Part shown: piece by piece, positions 1 through 10,940 of the stretch
Position numbering within the stretch: the stretch's first letter is position 1
How the letters are laid out: each line of letters opens with the position of its first letter
Assembly: GCA_904063045.1 (NCBI GenBank)
Contig: CAJFCJ010000007.1
Location: 616,819 to 680,818, forward strand
Length of the DNA stretch: 64,000 bases
Direction of reading: 5' to 3'
Source of the DNA: Dimorphilus gyrociliatus
Lineage: Eukaryota; Animalia; Annelida
Notes under the pieces: generated by a model
The model's database searches: none
Told to the model about the DNA's origin: nothing
The model's input: the letters and a program-made list of their open reading frames with translations, nothing else
Program-made: the position numbers and the translations under genes

Positions 1-222
1 CAGAAGTCTCGTTACAGTTTTGGCAGGAAAAGGAGTGTCTCAACCAGTTTATTACATTGTCCGCTCTCTATGCGAACAGTAAGTGAAAATAAATAATAAT
101 AAAAAAATATTTGCCTAATAAAACTAAAAGACGTTAATTCTTTTATCATCTTTTAGAAGGAGATAGACAGATTATCTAGTGGAATATACTTAAATGGTAA
201 TATATTTGAGAATCTATCTAGA

Positions 223-256
223 ATATATATATATATATATTAAAATATATATACAG

Positions 257-316
<60 letters not shown>

Positions 317-337
317 CAAATATCTATATATATATAT
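223..337. repeat. Imperfect (TA)n microsatellite
   Basis: Long run of tatata with a few interruptions. Confidence 0.95.
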
Positions 338-754
338 TTTACATGTATGAACTGATCAGGGATTTATGCCACCGATGACATAGTGTAGAAATTAAGAAAT
401 TCTGCAGAAGAATGACATTTCTCTAATCGCACAGCTTAAAACTGTGATCATGTGATTTATATTCGTTCATCCTGTCTCGCCGTCATTCGTAAACTCCTTA
501 TACATATCGTGAAAAAACGGCCGAGATCACTTAAGGTTTAATAATAATAACAATAAAAAAAACATGCATGTACGTTGAAACTGTTTACTGCAGAAATGTT
601 TTTAAAATATATACATATGTACATATATTGTGTATATAAAATACATATATACTGTATATATGTGTGTGTACTTATATATACATTTATATACATATATGTA
701 TTGAAATTAAACACGATAAAACTCTAGCATTGTATTGTGTAAGAAATAAATATT

Positions 755-2276
755 TTAAGCATCTTGAGCAAGCCACTTTTCAAGCAAATCTCCAATCTTT
801 TGGCGAGCTTTTGTTAGTTGTGGGGGATCCTTTTTAGATGGTGGATACATATTGGCGCAATGTGCTGTACCTTGAATAAATATAGCCGGCGCATCCTGGT
901 TAAGGTCCTTAGTTAAACCAACTGCATGCCAGGGATCTATACTACCATTTGGGAATACAATTCGTGTTGCCTTCAAATTTCTAGCTCCGTAATTAGTGTT
1001 TGTTTCGTTTACATTAGCTTCGAGGTCTTTTAGGTTAAATACACCAAAAACATCAGAGCATATCTTGGCAGAAAATTTTAATCCGAAACCACTTCCAAAA
1101 GGTTGTTTTGGAGAATCAGATGTCTGATACCACCCAAACTCATTACAAGTCTGATATATCCACTGACGACCACCCACTGCCGCCTTCCAAGAAACATCTT
1201 GTAATTCTTTGATAACAGATTTATATGAAAAATCTAGGCAAGTTTGATTCGCGTCTAATAACAACAAACTATTGACTTTAGCATAATTTTCTAAAGCGTT
1301 TTCTGAAGTGTTTTTGCCACCAGTCATCAATTTACATAGCAAATCTATTGTTATTTGACTTCCACCTTCAAAGTGTCTATTATCTTTATTGTATTGGACT
1401 ATTCCTTCGAAATTACCAGCCAAAGATTCAAGTAGGTTTGAAACGTCATCGTTTTTGCTCATATCAATATCTGCGCAAAGTTTGAACATTTTTTTTAATA
1501 GCTGGCGATCACTTTTCTTAGCAAGCATGGCTTTGAATTTTTGTGAAGCTAAAGAAATGCGTTCATCGCATTGAGGGTTTATGGAATTTAACGATGCAGC
1601 TACAACCTCTAAGTACTCGTAAAAGTTTACTTTAGCAAATAGAGGCGCACTAGATGCAACAGCAGCATGAACTAAGTGAGGATATTTGGCGCGAAACCAA
1701 GCTGATAAGGCACCCGAATAAGAACCGCCAAATGATACCCATTTAGCTTTATTCATTTTTAAAAGGCTACTCATTTTCACCCGGAAATTAGCTAAATCTC
1801 GAAGTGCTTGTTCGCTTGTCAAATAGCGAAGATTCTCAACGCTGACATTTCTGAAATAATATTGATGACCTATTACAAAAAGTGTTATCGCATTATATAA
1901 TAAATTACTTGGTTGGATGACTATCTCCATAGAATCGATGCTCGATTTGTATGCAATAAGCGTTATATCTTTTGGCAAATTCAATCCATTCTCCTTGTAC
2001 CATCCACTTAGGACTGGCGGGGCCTTCACCTCCGATTTGTAGGAAAACTGGCCCTCCCGGTTTATAAAAAGTACTGTTTACGTAATACTTTTGCTTCCAT
2101 GTTCTTGTGTCTGCTGGGTTAAAATGATCAAGTTTTTGTTCAAACCACTTAGGAGCCGGTAAATATTTTCGATCTATATGCCCCTCTGGCTCCTTCAAGC
2201 CTTGATGTCTCAACAGACTTAATGCTTCTGTTCCCAAAAGGGTGCAAAATATTAAAAAGGAGGCAAGAGAATTCAT
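755..2276 (-). CDS. PRSS16: S28-family serine carboxypeptidase (PRSS16 / thymus-specific serine protease / K12H4.7-like), secreted or lysosomal; 2 exons
   Basis: Signal peptide ([18 protein letters not shown]); motifs QKLDHF, IGGEG, EHRFYG, GGSYSG (catalytic Ser), GSIDPWH, TAHCANM. ORFs 1905-2276 and 755-2029 are joined by a GT-AG intron 1851-1908, giving ...SHPTK|[10 protein letters not shown]. Confidence 0.9.
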
Positions 2277-2297
2277 TTATCATGTAATAGTTTTTTA

Positions 2298-2322
2298 TCA
2301 CATGACAATGGAATCACGTGAC
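2298..2322. promoter_or_regulatory. Two MiT/TFE-type E-boxes (ATCACATGAC, ATCACGTGAC) in the 161-bp bidirectional PRSS16/ORAI promoter
   Basis: Motifs read directly; they resemble the CLEAR/M-box consensus GTCACGTGAC / TCATGTG. Confidence 0.45.
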
Positions 2323-2437
2323 TTTACCGCCTCTTAATCTGGTTCGGTGGTGATTTTTTTAACAACTCAAATTGAATAAATTTTTCTTTATTTATTCCCT
2401 CCAAGGCACTTAACTTTCGCGAAAATTTTACACTGGT

Positions 2438-3136
2438 ATGACAGAAAATGAACAGTTGTCGTGGTTACCTAATCATAGCGAGGAGGCCGAAACTCGATTA
2501 TCATGGAAGAATATGCATCTCGCCAGATCGAAATTAAAGGCGACCAGCAGAACATCGGCCCTTTTATCAGGTTTCGCAATGGTCGTAATGGTTGAGTCCG
2601 ATACCAAAAATGTTAACGAAGGCTTATTAATCGCGTTTAGTGTATGTACAACTCTAGTGGTTGCGGTACATCTATTAGCGTTGATGATAAGCACCTGTGT
2701 TCTTCCCAATATAGAAGGAGTTCTATCCCAGAACGAACTCAATTCAGTTCACGAATCTCCCCATGTAAATTAATCATTACGCACAAAACGCTTTAATTAA
2801 TATAACTCAATGAATTTTAAATGACAACAGGTACGAATGCGATACTATATTGATATTTCTTGGATGCTCTCCACATTCATCGGTATCTTACTCTTTCTGG
2901 TCGATATTGCAATTCTAGGTTGGATTAGATTTAGCAAATTAGAAACTAGTAATGGAAAATACAAAAGTACAACTGGAGCTGCGACAGCGTCAACAGTTAT
3001 TATCATGCCTGCAATTGTCATTTTTATCATATTCGCTGTGTTGTTCTATAGAGAATTAATTGCTCATCGTGTAGAAACAACTGCTAATAAATTCAAAGAG
3101 TTACAAACGATGATGTCTCAGTTACAACATGTTTAA
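2438..3136 (+). CDS. ORAI: Orai calcium release-activated calcium channel subunit; 2 exons
   Basis: [33 protein letters not shown] matches Orai TM1 with the selectivity Glu. Intron 2765-2830 (gtaaat...acag) joins ESPH|[11 protein letters not shown]. Four TM segments. Confidence 0.95.
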
Positions 3137-3389
3137 ATATTTCTCATTTTTTTTTTCTCTCGAAACACCTCTTGTCTGATAATACATTTTAAATTTGCCA
3201 ACGTGAGCAATCATAAAATATTTCTGTTATCTTTTAAAAGAAATTATCAAAATTATCAGAACTATTAAAATATTTCATGTATTGACAAGATATATTATTT
3301 ATTTTGTTTTCCTTTATCTTGGCTTATAAGACTTTTTATTGTATTCTTTTAATATTTTCTACTATCGTTCAAAATCTAGTATGCCGAAT

Positions 3390-3800
3390 TTAACAGGTTG
3401 GAAGCTTTTTCATTGCGCTGTCGCTTGGCCAGAAGGTAAAAGTAAGAACGGGAGTATCGTCTTCCTCCTGTACACCTTTTCCAGTAAAACATTTCAATTC
3501 GCTGATATAGCCGATAGTCAATGTCATATCTCCTCTGGCTCCACGGATCTTAAAGTCAAAATCATTACGATTTTCCTATAAAAAAACATAAAAGACGAAT
3601 GATTAAAGTTAACTCCCTGAGAAAAATCAAATATAAAATATTACCTTAGGAGATTGCGGTAAATCGAACTCAATTCCAGTAAATGGAAATTTAAGAGCGA
3701 CTCTCTTGTCCTCTACTGTGCAGGTTCCTGCAATTGGCAAGTTCGAGTTGGACATTGGCATCCTCATGTACATGGTGGCTTGTCCTTCGTAGGTAGGCAT
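3390..3800 (-). CDS. Unrecognised 113-aa protein, 2 exons (3645-3800, 3390-3575); not in ORF track
   Basis: ATG at 3800, phase-0 GT-AG intron 3576-3644, TAA at 3390-3392. Product: MPTYEGQATMYMRMPMSNSNLPIAGTCTVEDKRVALKFPFTGIEFDLPQSPK|ENRNDFDFKIRGARGDMTLTIGYISELKCFTGKGVQEEDDTPVLTFTFWPSDSAMKKLPTC. Exons are GC-richer than the flanks. Confidence 0.8.
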
Positions 3801-4564
3801 AATTGAGTTTCTTAAGCTTTCAAAGTTAGAAAAGAAGAATGAGAGCTAGACCAGCGGTTTCTGCAATAAAATGAATTGTTGGTAAGGATATATCGGTCTG
3901 ACATTCATACACGTTATCAGCCATATTAATACTAATAAGACGGTCACAAATCTCACGATCGTTAATAAATAGCAAGTTTGTAAATATAAACAGCTCTTAT
4001 TTTGCGCTGTGCCTCTTTCATATTTGCATATTTTTTTCATATTTCATACTAGTTTGAAAAAAAGACTGTTTTTTTACAAAACTAATAAAAAACATAGAAA
4101 TAGAATAAAAAGGAAAATATTTGAATTTTTAATGTCAGCTTACCTTTGTTCTAGAGACAACTTTATCGCTTGGATGTACTTAAAACCTTTTTAAAAATAT
4201 TTGGGAGAGTCTACTTTGTGATATGTGGGCGGTACGGTTTCAGCACTCTACTTATTTGGATAGCCTTAAGTCACCGACAAAGTGTTGTAAAAGGTTATAA
4301 ATTGCATTCGAAATAATATAAATAAACTTTTTTTATAGCATAAACATGTGTTGGTTAATTAATCAAATTTCTTCGCGTAGTATACTTTGTATTTCGACCC
4401 AAGCTAAACGACACTTGTGTCATTTATTGCTTTACGTCTTATCAGTGTCAATATACATAATGGGAATGGTTTATTCAAACAAGATATCGTCTAATCTCCG
4501 CGTCATTTAAATTTGAGTAGGCGGATTTTTTTAATGGACAGTAATAAAGTCTGTTGTTCCAGTT

Positions 4565-7423
4565 CTAGCGGACACAAGATGGCGTTTTCACCATGGAAGA
4601 GAATTTCAGGAAAGCTTCAACTACCGTTTGGGTTCTCCTTACTAAAGTAGATAGAAATCTTGATGCTTGAACATATAAAAAATAATAGCAAATGTCTCTG
4701 TTTTGTTCTATAACATTCTTATCCGTGCTGGTTATGTTCTCCAAACAAGATCTGACGATGAACATTTCCCGTTGAAATAGAAAACGTCTTCTATCATATA
4801 CGACTGGTTTACGCCTCTTCAACAAATAGATAATTTCGTCCACTGACAGTAATTGAGCAGACAGACATTCTTCATAATATATGAGTACATTGTCAACAAC
4901 CTGATTTGAATATTTCCATTTTTTTAGGGCCTGTTGTAGTGAGATTCGCACTTTTTCCAGAAAAACTGTATTTTCACTATGTATATCTAGGTCATAGCGT
5001 AAGTGACAATATATTTCATCCATTTTCCAAGGTCGCCTATCAAACATTCGGTAGGAGAGAACCTCTTCCCAACTGGCTCTACCTGAACTCACTTTCTGTT
5101 TGACTTTCTCCATTTCGTCTATTATAAATTCTATATCATACTCTTCACTAGTTGTATGAGATTGAGAAGTTTCTTTTTTTAATTTAGATTTTGCATTCTC
5201 ACTTTTACCTCGACTTGTCTTCTTCTTTCCTTCTGCTCTGGATTTCCTCTTCTCAGGTTTCTGTCTTTCGACTATTACTTCCTTTTCTTTTTCACATGTG
5301 GCTAAGACCACTTGAGCTTTTTCCTGTGGTTTCTTTTTCTCCTTCGTTTTACTGTCCTGTTTTCTCGTGCGTTGACTCTCAGCTTTAGATTTGGTAGTAT
5401 CCCTTCGCCTTGCTCTTCTCTCACCAACTCGCTTTACATTCTCCTTTGGCTCAGATTGTTTTCTTTTCTTTAGAGGCTCTCGAGACCTTTCAACATCTTT
5501 CATTTCAATTTCAACTATTTTATCTGTCTCCTCCATTTCGATTTTTACTCTCTTTCCCAACTCCAACAATGGCGGCTCCTTAACAGTTAGATTTACAAGC
5601 TTTTCATTTGCTTTCTTTTTTTGCTGAGGCAGTTCATTTGATCTTTGCTCTTTTTTAAAGCTATGCTTGACCTCACTTCCCGCCTCTCTCTTTCCCAACT
5701 GGTTGTTACTTGGCGCTGCCTCATTTTTCCCTTGATCAAACTTAGCGATTAATACCTCCTTATTATTTCTTTCTTGTTCTTTTGGAAGCTCTACATTTTG
5801 CTCAGTGACAATTTCCATTTGTGGAATTGTTTCAATATTAATTTCTGGCTCTCTCAAAGTTTCGACAGAAATTTCTTCAACATTCTTCATCTCTGATTCT
5901 TTCGAAAGTTCCACCTTATCTGCTGCTTCCATCTCGTTGACAACTTCCGTTTCTGACTGCAGTTCAGAGTTCATCTTTGAATCTGTTGAGATTTTCCCTT
6001 CACATTTTTTCATTTCTTCTACTTCTGATACCTTTTCAACATCTAACTCTTGTTCTTCAGACAAAACGTCGCCCGCATCGTTTTCTATATGTCCAGCTTG
6101 TTCTTCAGCAGCTGTTTCACATATCCTACTTTCATTAATCTCTTCCATTTTCTCCTCCATGTCACTTATGATACCTATGTCTTCTTTTTTCTCGCTCTCC
6201 ATGATGCAAATTTCTCTCGGATCTTCTGGTAAAGGATCTTTAACTTTCTCTAGACAACATGACATTTTTATATTTTTTGAAGTTACTTCATTGTTATTAG
6301 AATTCATTGTGTTAGAAAATTCTTCATTCTCAATTGATGATTCTAATCTACATTTACTTTCGTCCTGATCATTTTGGGCGGATACGTTTTGCAATTCGTT
6401 TGTCGTTTCTGTCTCCATTTCTTCTTCAATCCTAGAAGGTAGAATTTCAATACTCTCAAAGTCTAATTTCCTTTGTTCCGTTTGTTCCTCCTGGGTAATA
6501 TTTACACCTAACTCATGAATGATTATATTTTCATTATTAGTATTATATGATTCATCACTTTTTGATGACTCGAGAATCTCCTGTGAGTTACATTTCAAGT
6601 TGTTTTCAATTTCATTTGAAACTGTATGCTCTTCAATTTTTCTATTGGTTTCCAGTAACATCGTATCATCCTCCATTTCTGTTAAGTGATCATTATTATC
6701 ATCAGTCTCTTGTTTTTTATTTCCCTCCATGTTATCTTCAGTTTGATGCGTACTTTTATCGAAATTTTCGTTCGTATTTGGCTTTTCATCCTTATTGTCG
6801 TTCTCTTTCTCTGGTTCTCGTTTTTCCTCCTCAACTCCTTCTTCATTGTTCCTGTTCTCTATCATATTAACTTCTTCTTGTCTCTCGTTCTCGTTTTGTT
6901 GACTCTCAATATCAACTTTGCCACAAAACGCTTGTGTATTAGCTGCAGAATTTTCTGGCAAATTCTTCACAATGACGTCCGATTGTGAGGAATTCTCAGA
7001 TAATTTTTTGTTCAAATCATCCGTGTCCGAATGGTTTTTGAATTCTTTCTCTAAAGACTCTGATTGAGTTACTTCTTCACCTTCATTCACCAATTCCAGA
7101 CTTAATTCCTCTTTAACTTCTTCGCTTCGTTCAATTTCGTCGTGTCCCATTTCCATAGCTGAATCTGAAGTTAAAGCAATTTCGGTAGTCCCCTCAGTTG
7201 CTTCCAACTCAACCTTCTCTTCATGGTCATTTGGCTTCGATGGTAAAGTTTTCCCTTCTTCCAGTTGCTCGTTTTCCAATGAATGCTCCACAATTGAAAC
7301 TTTGACGCTGAAATCAACGTCTTCCATTGATTCATCATCCGATGACGAGCTAACACTTGAGTTGCTACCGAAATTTTTCGACTTTGTTTTATTCCACTCA
7401 TTTTTCTCTTTTAGCCTAATTAC
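4565..7423 (-). CDS. Large Glu/Lys-rich intrinsically disordered protein with a ~190-aa C-terminal helical domain; terminal exon, 5' exons unresolved
   Basis: 920-aa ORF that stays open upstream of its ATG to an acceptor (ctcaacag|TAATTAGG, ~7423). A candidate upstream exon near 7487-7640 reads ...HHKGLLLLCKAAE|. No family recognised. Confidence 0.7.
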   Translation of the reverse strand, partial: VIRLKEKNEWNKTKSKNFGSNSSVSSSSDDESMEDVDFSVKVSIVEHSLENEQLEEGKTLPSKPNDHEEKVELEATEGTTEIALTSDSAMEMGHDEIERSEEVKEELSLELVNEGEEVTQSESLEKEFKNHSDTDDLNKKLSENSSQSDVIVKNLPENSAANTQAFCGKVDIESQQNENERQEEVNMIENRNNEEGVEEEKREPEKENDNKDEKPNTNENFDKSTHQTEDNMEGNKKQETDDNNDHLTEMEDDTMLLETNRKIEEHTVSNEIENNLKCNSQEILESSKSDESYNTNNENIIIHELGVNITQEEQTEQRKLDFESIEILPSRIEEEMETETTNELQNVSAQNDQDESKCRLESSIENEEFSNTMNSNNNEVTSKNIKMSCCLEKVKDPLPEDPREICIMESEKKEDIGIISDMEEKMEEINESRICETAAEEQAGHIENDAGDVLSEEQELDVEKVSEVEEMKKCEGKISTDSKMNSELQSETEVVNEMEAADKVELSKESEMKNVEEISVETLREPEINIETIPQMEIVTEQNVELPKEQERNNKEVLIAKFDQGKNEAAPSNNQLGKREAGSEVKHSFKKEQRSNELPQQKKKANEKLVNLTVKEPPLLELGKRVKIEMEETDKIVEIEMKDVERSREPLKKRKQSEPKENVKRVGERRARRRDTTKSKAESQRTRKQDSKTKEKKKPQEKAQVVLATCEKEKEVIVERQKPEKRKSRAEGKKKTSRGKSENAKSKLKKETSQSHTTSEEYDIEFIIDEMEKVKQKVSSGRASWEEVLSYRMFDRRPWKMDEIYCHLRYDLDIHSENTVFLEKVRISLQQALKKWKYSNQVVDNVLIYYEECLSAQLLSVDEIIYLLKRRKPVVYDRRRFLFQREMFIVRSCLENITSTDKNVIEQNRDICYYFLYVQASRFLSTLVRRTQTVVEAFLKFSSMVKTPSCVR

Positions 7424-8932
7424 TGTTGAGGAATAATAGAAAATTATGTAACTATATTAAAAATTATGAACAATCTAATTATCAGACCTTCAGCTGCTTT
7501 ACAAAGTAGCAGAAGACCTTTGTGATGTTTGAAGTTGTCCTCAGGCATTTTAACATCTGTAAAGCACAAACTGACCACTTTAGCAATTTTAGTTGCGCAA
7601 CAATGATAGGATTTACTTGACAAATGCAGATAAACGGAATACTGCAAAAATATCAAGACTAATTCGACTTACAAAGTATTATTATCCACGTTGTCCAATT
7701 GAAAATAGACAATAAGCGAATATCAAATTTAATAGCTTAAACCACAAGAATATTCTATATTGGTATAAAGACACGTCAGTCCAAAGTCGTAATGAATACT
7801 GTAAGCCTATTAAATCTTTTATTTTTACCGGTATGCAAAAATAAACGAATTGCTCAGGCAATTAATTAGGACAAAATCCGTGATTTTTCTTTAAATACTC
7901 AAAATTAATTAATATCACAAAACAACAAGAATTTAAGTAACAAAAATACTTGGTGAATCTTAATACTTTGCTATATTAAAGACAAAACACGGTTTAATTA
8001 ATTTATTACAATCTTGTAAACTGGAAAACTTAAGGCTCATTTACTTCCGCTGTGTAAGAAAGTAGTACCTGAAAAATAGTGCTGGAACAAGTTGCTGCTC
8101 AAACTCACTTTGAATAGTTCTTACTCAACAAATTTTTAAGGTACTAACATTCTTCGTATAAATTGATATAATAAATGTAATAGCCAAGTTAATTTGTAAT
8201 ATAATTCACTTTTTCCCATAACCATGCCTTTTCCTAGCCTCATGTTTTCCTATTTTTATATTTTAAGTCTTCTCAGAAAAGTCACTTTCTTTGACTTCTA
8301 GAAATTATTAGACTTATTTAATATTAATTAACTTTAAATTATTCTTAAATATGCTATAAAAAAGCTTTAAAGATAAAAAAAAATTAACAAAGATATACAG
8401 TATTCTTCCCCAGGGTTCGTTGAGTATTTTTCATTTCCGCTACTTGAATCCATATATTTCTGATTTTCAACTGATATTATTGCTAAAAATGAATAATTTT
8501 TTACTTAAATTACTTATCTCCCCTTTAAATTTTTTATTTACCAGTTAAATGTTTCAAAAAATTAGCTTTAGTCAGTAAATCTGTAGTTCATACTCAAAAG
8601 TTCTACGATTGTAACGTTCTTTCCGGTTTTGGTTCGCGCGCCAAACGAAATGCTACGTGTATGCCTATAAGATTGCATCAATTACTGTTTATAAACAGAG
8701 AAGTATGGTTTTTTCGTTTTTGAATTTGAAGTGCAAAATTTGATTCTTTTCCCATACTACGCCTGTATCTTTTTTCAAAATCGATTGTTGTTCTGTCGTG
8801 AAGAATGGTTATATTTGGTAAAAATCTAACAATTATACAGGAGATAATGGCTATCATCATACTGTAGAAAAGTAAAGCATTAGGATATCGTGCATTATCT
8901 ATCTATGAACGCTTTGTGTGCTTTTAGTATAA

Positions 8933-10940
8933 TCATTTATTTTGTTCCTCATCGGCAACAGGAACGAAAACGCTCAATCTCCGGAAATATTGTTCCGATT
9001 GCCCTTCAGTACCATCTTGTGACATTGTTCTTAGCCTAATTATTTCAGCAGCTTTATCGGTAGAATATTTAGGCACATAAACAGGCGACTTGTGTCTAAC
9101 AACTTCAGTGACTGGATATAAACGATCATCCCTAACGGCTAAAGTCTTTTCATTTTCGGCAATATTCACGCTCCGATTTTCACGCCTAATTATGATTTCA
9201 ACAAGTAGAAAACAAATAATTCCTATAGCCAAGACAGTGAGTAAGATGTAAATTTTTATGCGAATGCATATGAAGGAACTATATGAGAACGAAGCAATCA
9301 TGCCAACGGCTTCCCATAAGCGATAATTCGAGAAAGCCGCTTCTGAATTATCCCGAAAAAGTAGGCTATAAAGTGCTGTAGTATTTATATTAAACCAATT
9401 AATAGTAACGGAAATGTATTTATATTTCAGAAATACCATTTATTTGCGTCTGCCATATAGCATCACCTATTCCCCAAGCAGCTGGCATTAGAAACATTAT
9501 CCATAACTCATTTGGATTAGGCACCCAGAAAAGAAAGATATTTAGGCATATCACATGGGCGGCAAAAGCTGCATATTAATTAATCGCAATCATAGCATAT
9601 ATTAAATGTGCAAATGACATACCTGTTACAAATACAGGAGCACGACCAAGTCTCTTTACCACCATACCTGACAAGACAGATACAACGGCAGCCGATGCGC
9701 AATAAGCTATAACAACTTTACCTATACTAGCGATTCCAATAGCGCATGCTATATAGGATTTTGTATATTCCGCTGTCATAAAAGCTTGTTCCATTCCAGT
9801 ATAGATTGTCAGGGGCGCCAATAGAACTTGATATTTGTTTCCCATTTGCGATATCGTCGAAGTAAACAAGCTAGCACTAAATTTAACATTTTTATTCTTT
9901 TCTTTTTGTTTAGCTGGCTCAGGGTCCATAAAAATGGATAGAAAAATAATCGATATGACGCCAAAAACAACATAAGTCCCAACCAGCGTCCAAACTACCC
10001 ATTGTTCTGGGCGTTGAGAGTCTACAGTTGTCTCATTTCCCCCAGCTATTAATCCGCAATCATTAGCTCCGCAATGCTCAAAGGATAGGACATCAGTTGT
10101 GTTACTACTAATAACAGCATTGTTGGAGGACATCGAAAGTATAGACGAAGAAAGTATGTTTCCCCATATTGGACCTAAAACGAATGGATGTCATTCTTGG
10201 GATTTCACACGATAATTTCAAACATAAATCACAAAATCCACGTTTATAATTTGTTTAAACAATGGAAAAAAACATGTGGCAAATATACGTAAGCTCGTTA
10301 CCTACGATAAGAACAGATATGTTTGTCGACATTAATTAAAATAAAATAACAACCTGACATAAAAAGCATGAAGAAAATTCCAAAAAACTTTGACAAAATT
10401 GCATCTGGAAGCTGATTGGTAAGTTGTGCATATTCAATTCCACTTAGGGTAAAATAAGTACAATGAGCAGTCCATAATACAGACCATGCTGCAAAATATC
10501 ATGGACAATGAATTATTCTTAAAAAACTTGATAGATACTAATTTACTTTACAGTTAATCCTATAAAAAAAATACACATTTTCAATTTTATCCTTATAAAT
10601 ACAAACCTAAGCCCATTAATAGAGCCCCAATGACGAGTGTTGCCCACGAAGCGTAAAGGTTCGCCGCCATCCATAATGTTAAACCGATCATACTTATGAC
10701 TAGGGACAATTTACATCCTAACTTTTGAACGACAATTGTCGAAAGAAAGATGCATGAAAATGCAGTTGCCGCAAAATTAGCTCCTAGTGAAATTACACCC
10801 ATCTCAGCATTCAAACTGCTTTGGAGTAAGAATAACCCTATGACTGCCGAATATAGAAAGACAAACGAAACCGTCACTACGGCAATATTTTTCACCATCC
10901 TCCATTTTTTGGCTTTTATTTCTTTATCTGCTTTTTCCAT
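8933..10940 (-). CDS. UNC93A: UNC-93-like MFS membrane protein (UNC93A-like); about 5 exons
   Basis: KNIAVVTVSFVFLYSA...LQSSLN, WSVLWTAHCTY, FFGIFF, WGNILSS, GMEQAF, WGIGDAIWQTQIN|ALY, AAFSNYRLWE. The exons join in frame via GT-AG introns; the start codon is uncertain. Confidence 0.92.

Noticed and set aside
1-220. Plus-strand exon-like fragments at the window start (donor gtaagt at 79)
   Set aside because: All three frames are open and the product is unidentifiable; likely the 3' end of a gene outside the window, but not supportable.
1851-2029. Overlapping ORFs in the S28 protease suggesting a frameshift or pseudogene
   Set aside because: Explained by a canonical 58-bp GT-AG intron that restores the conserved reading.
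4906-6988. Several plus-strand ORFs (Ser/Phe/Leu-rich) over the acidic gene
   Set aside because: Antisense shadows of a purine-rich Glu/Lys coding strand.
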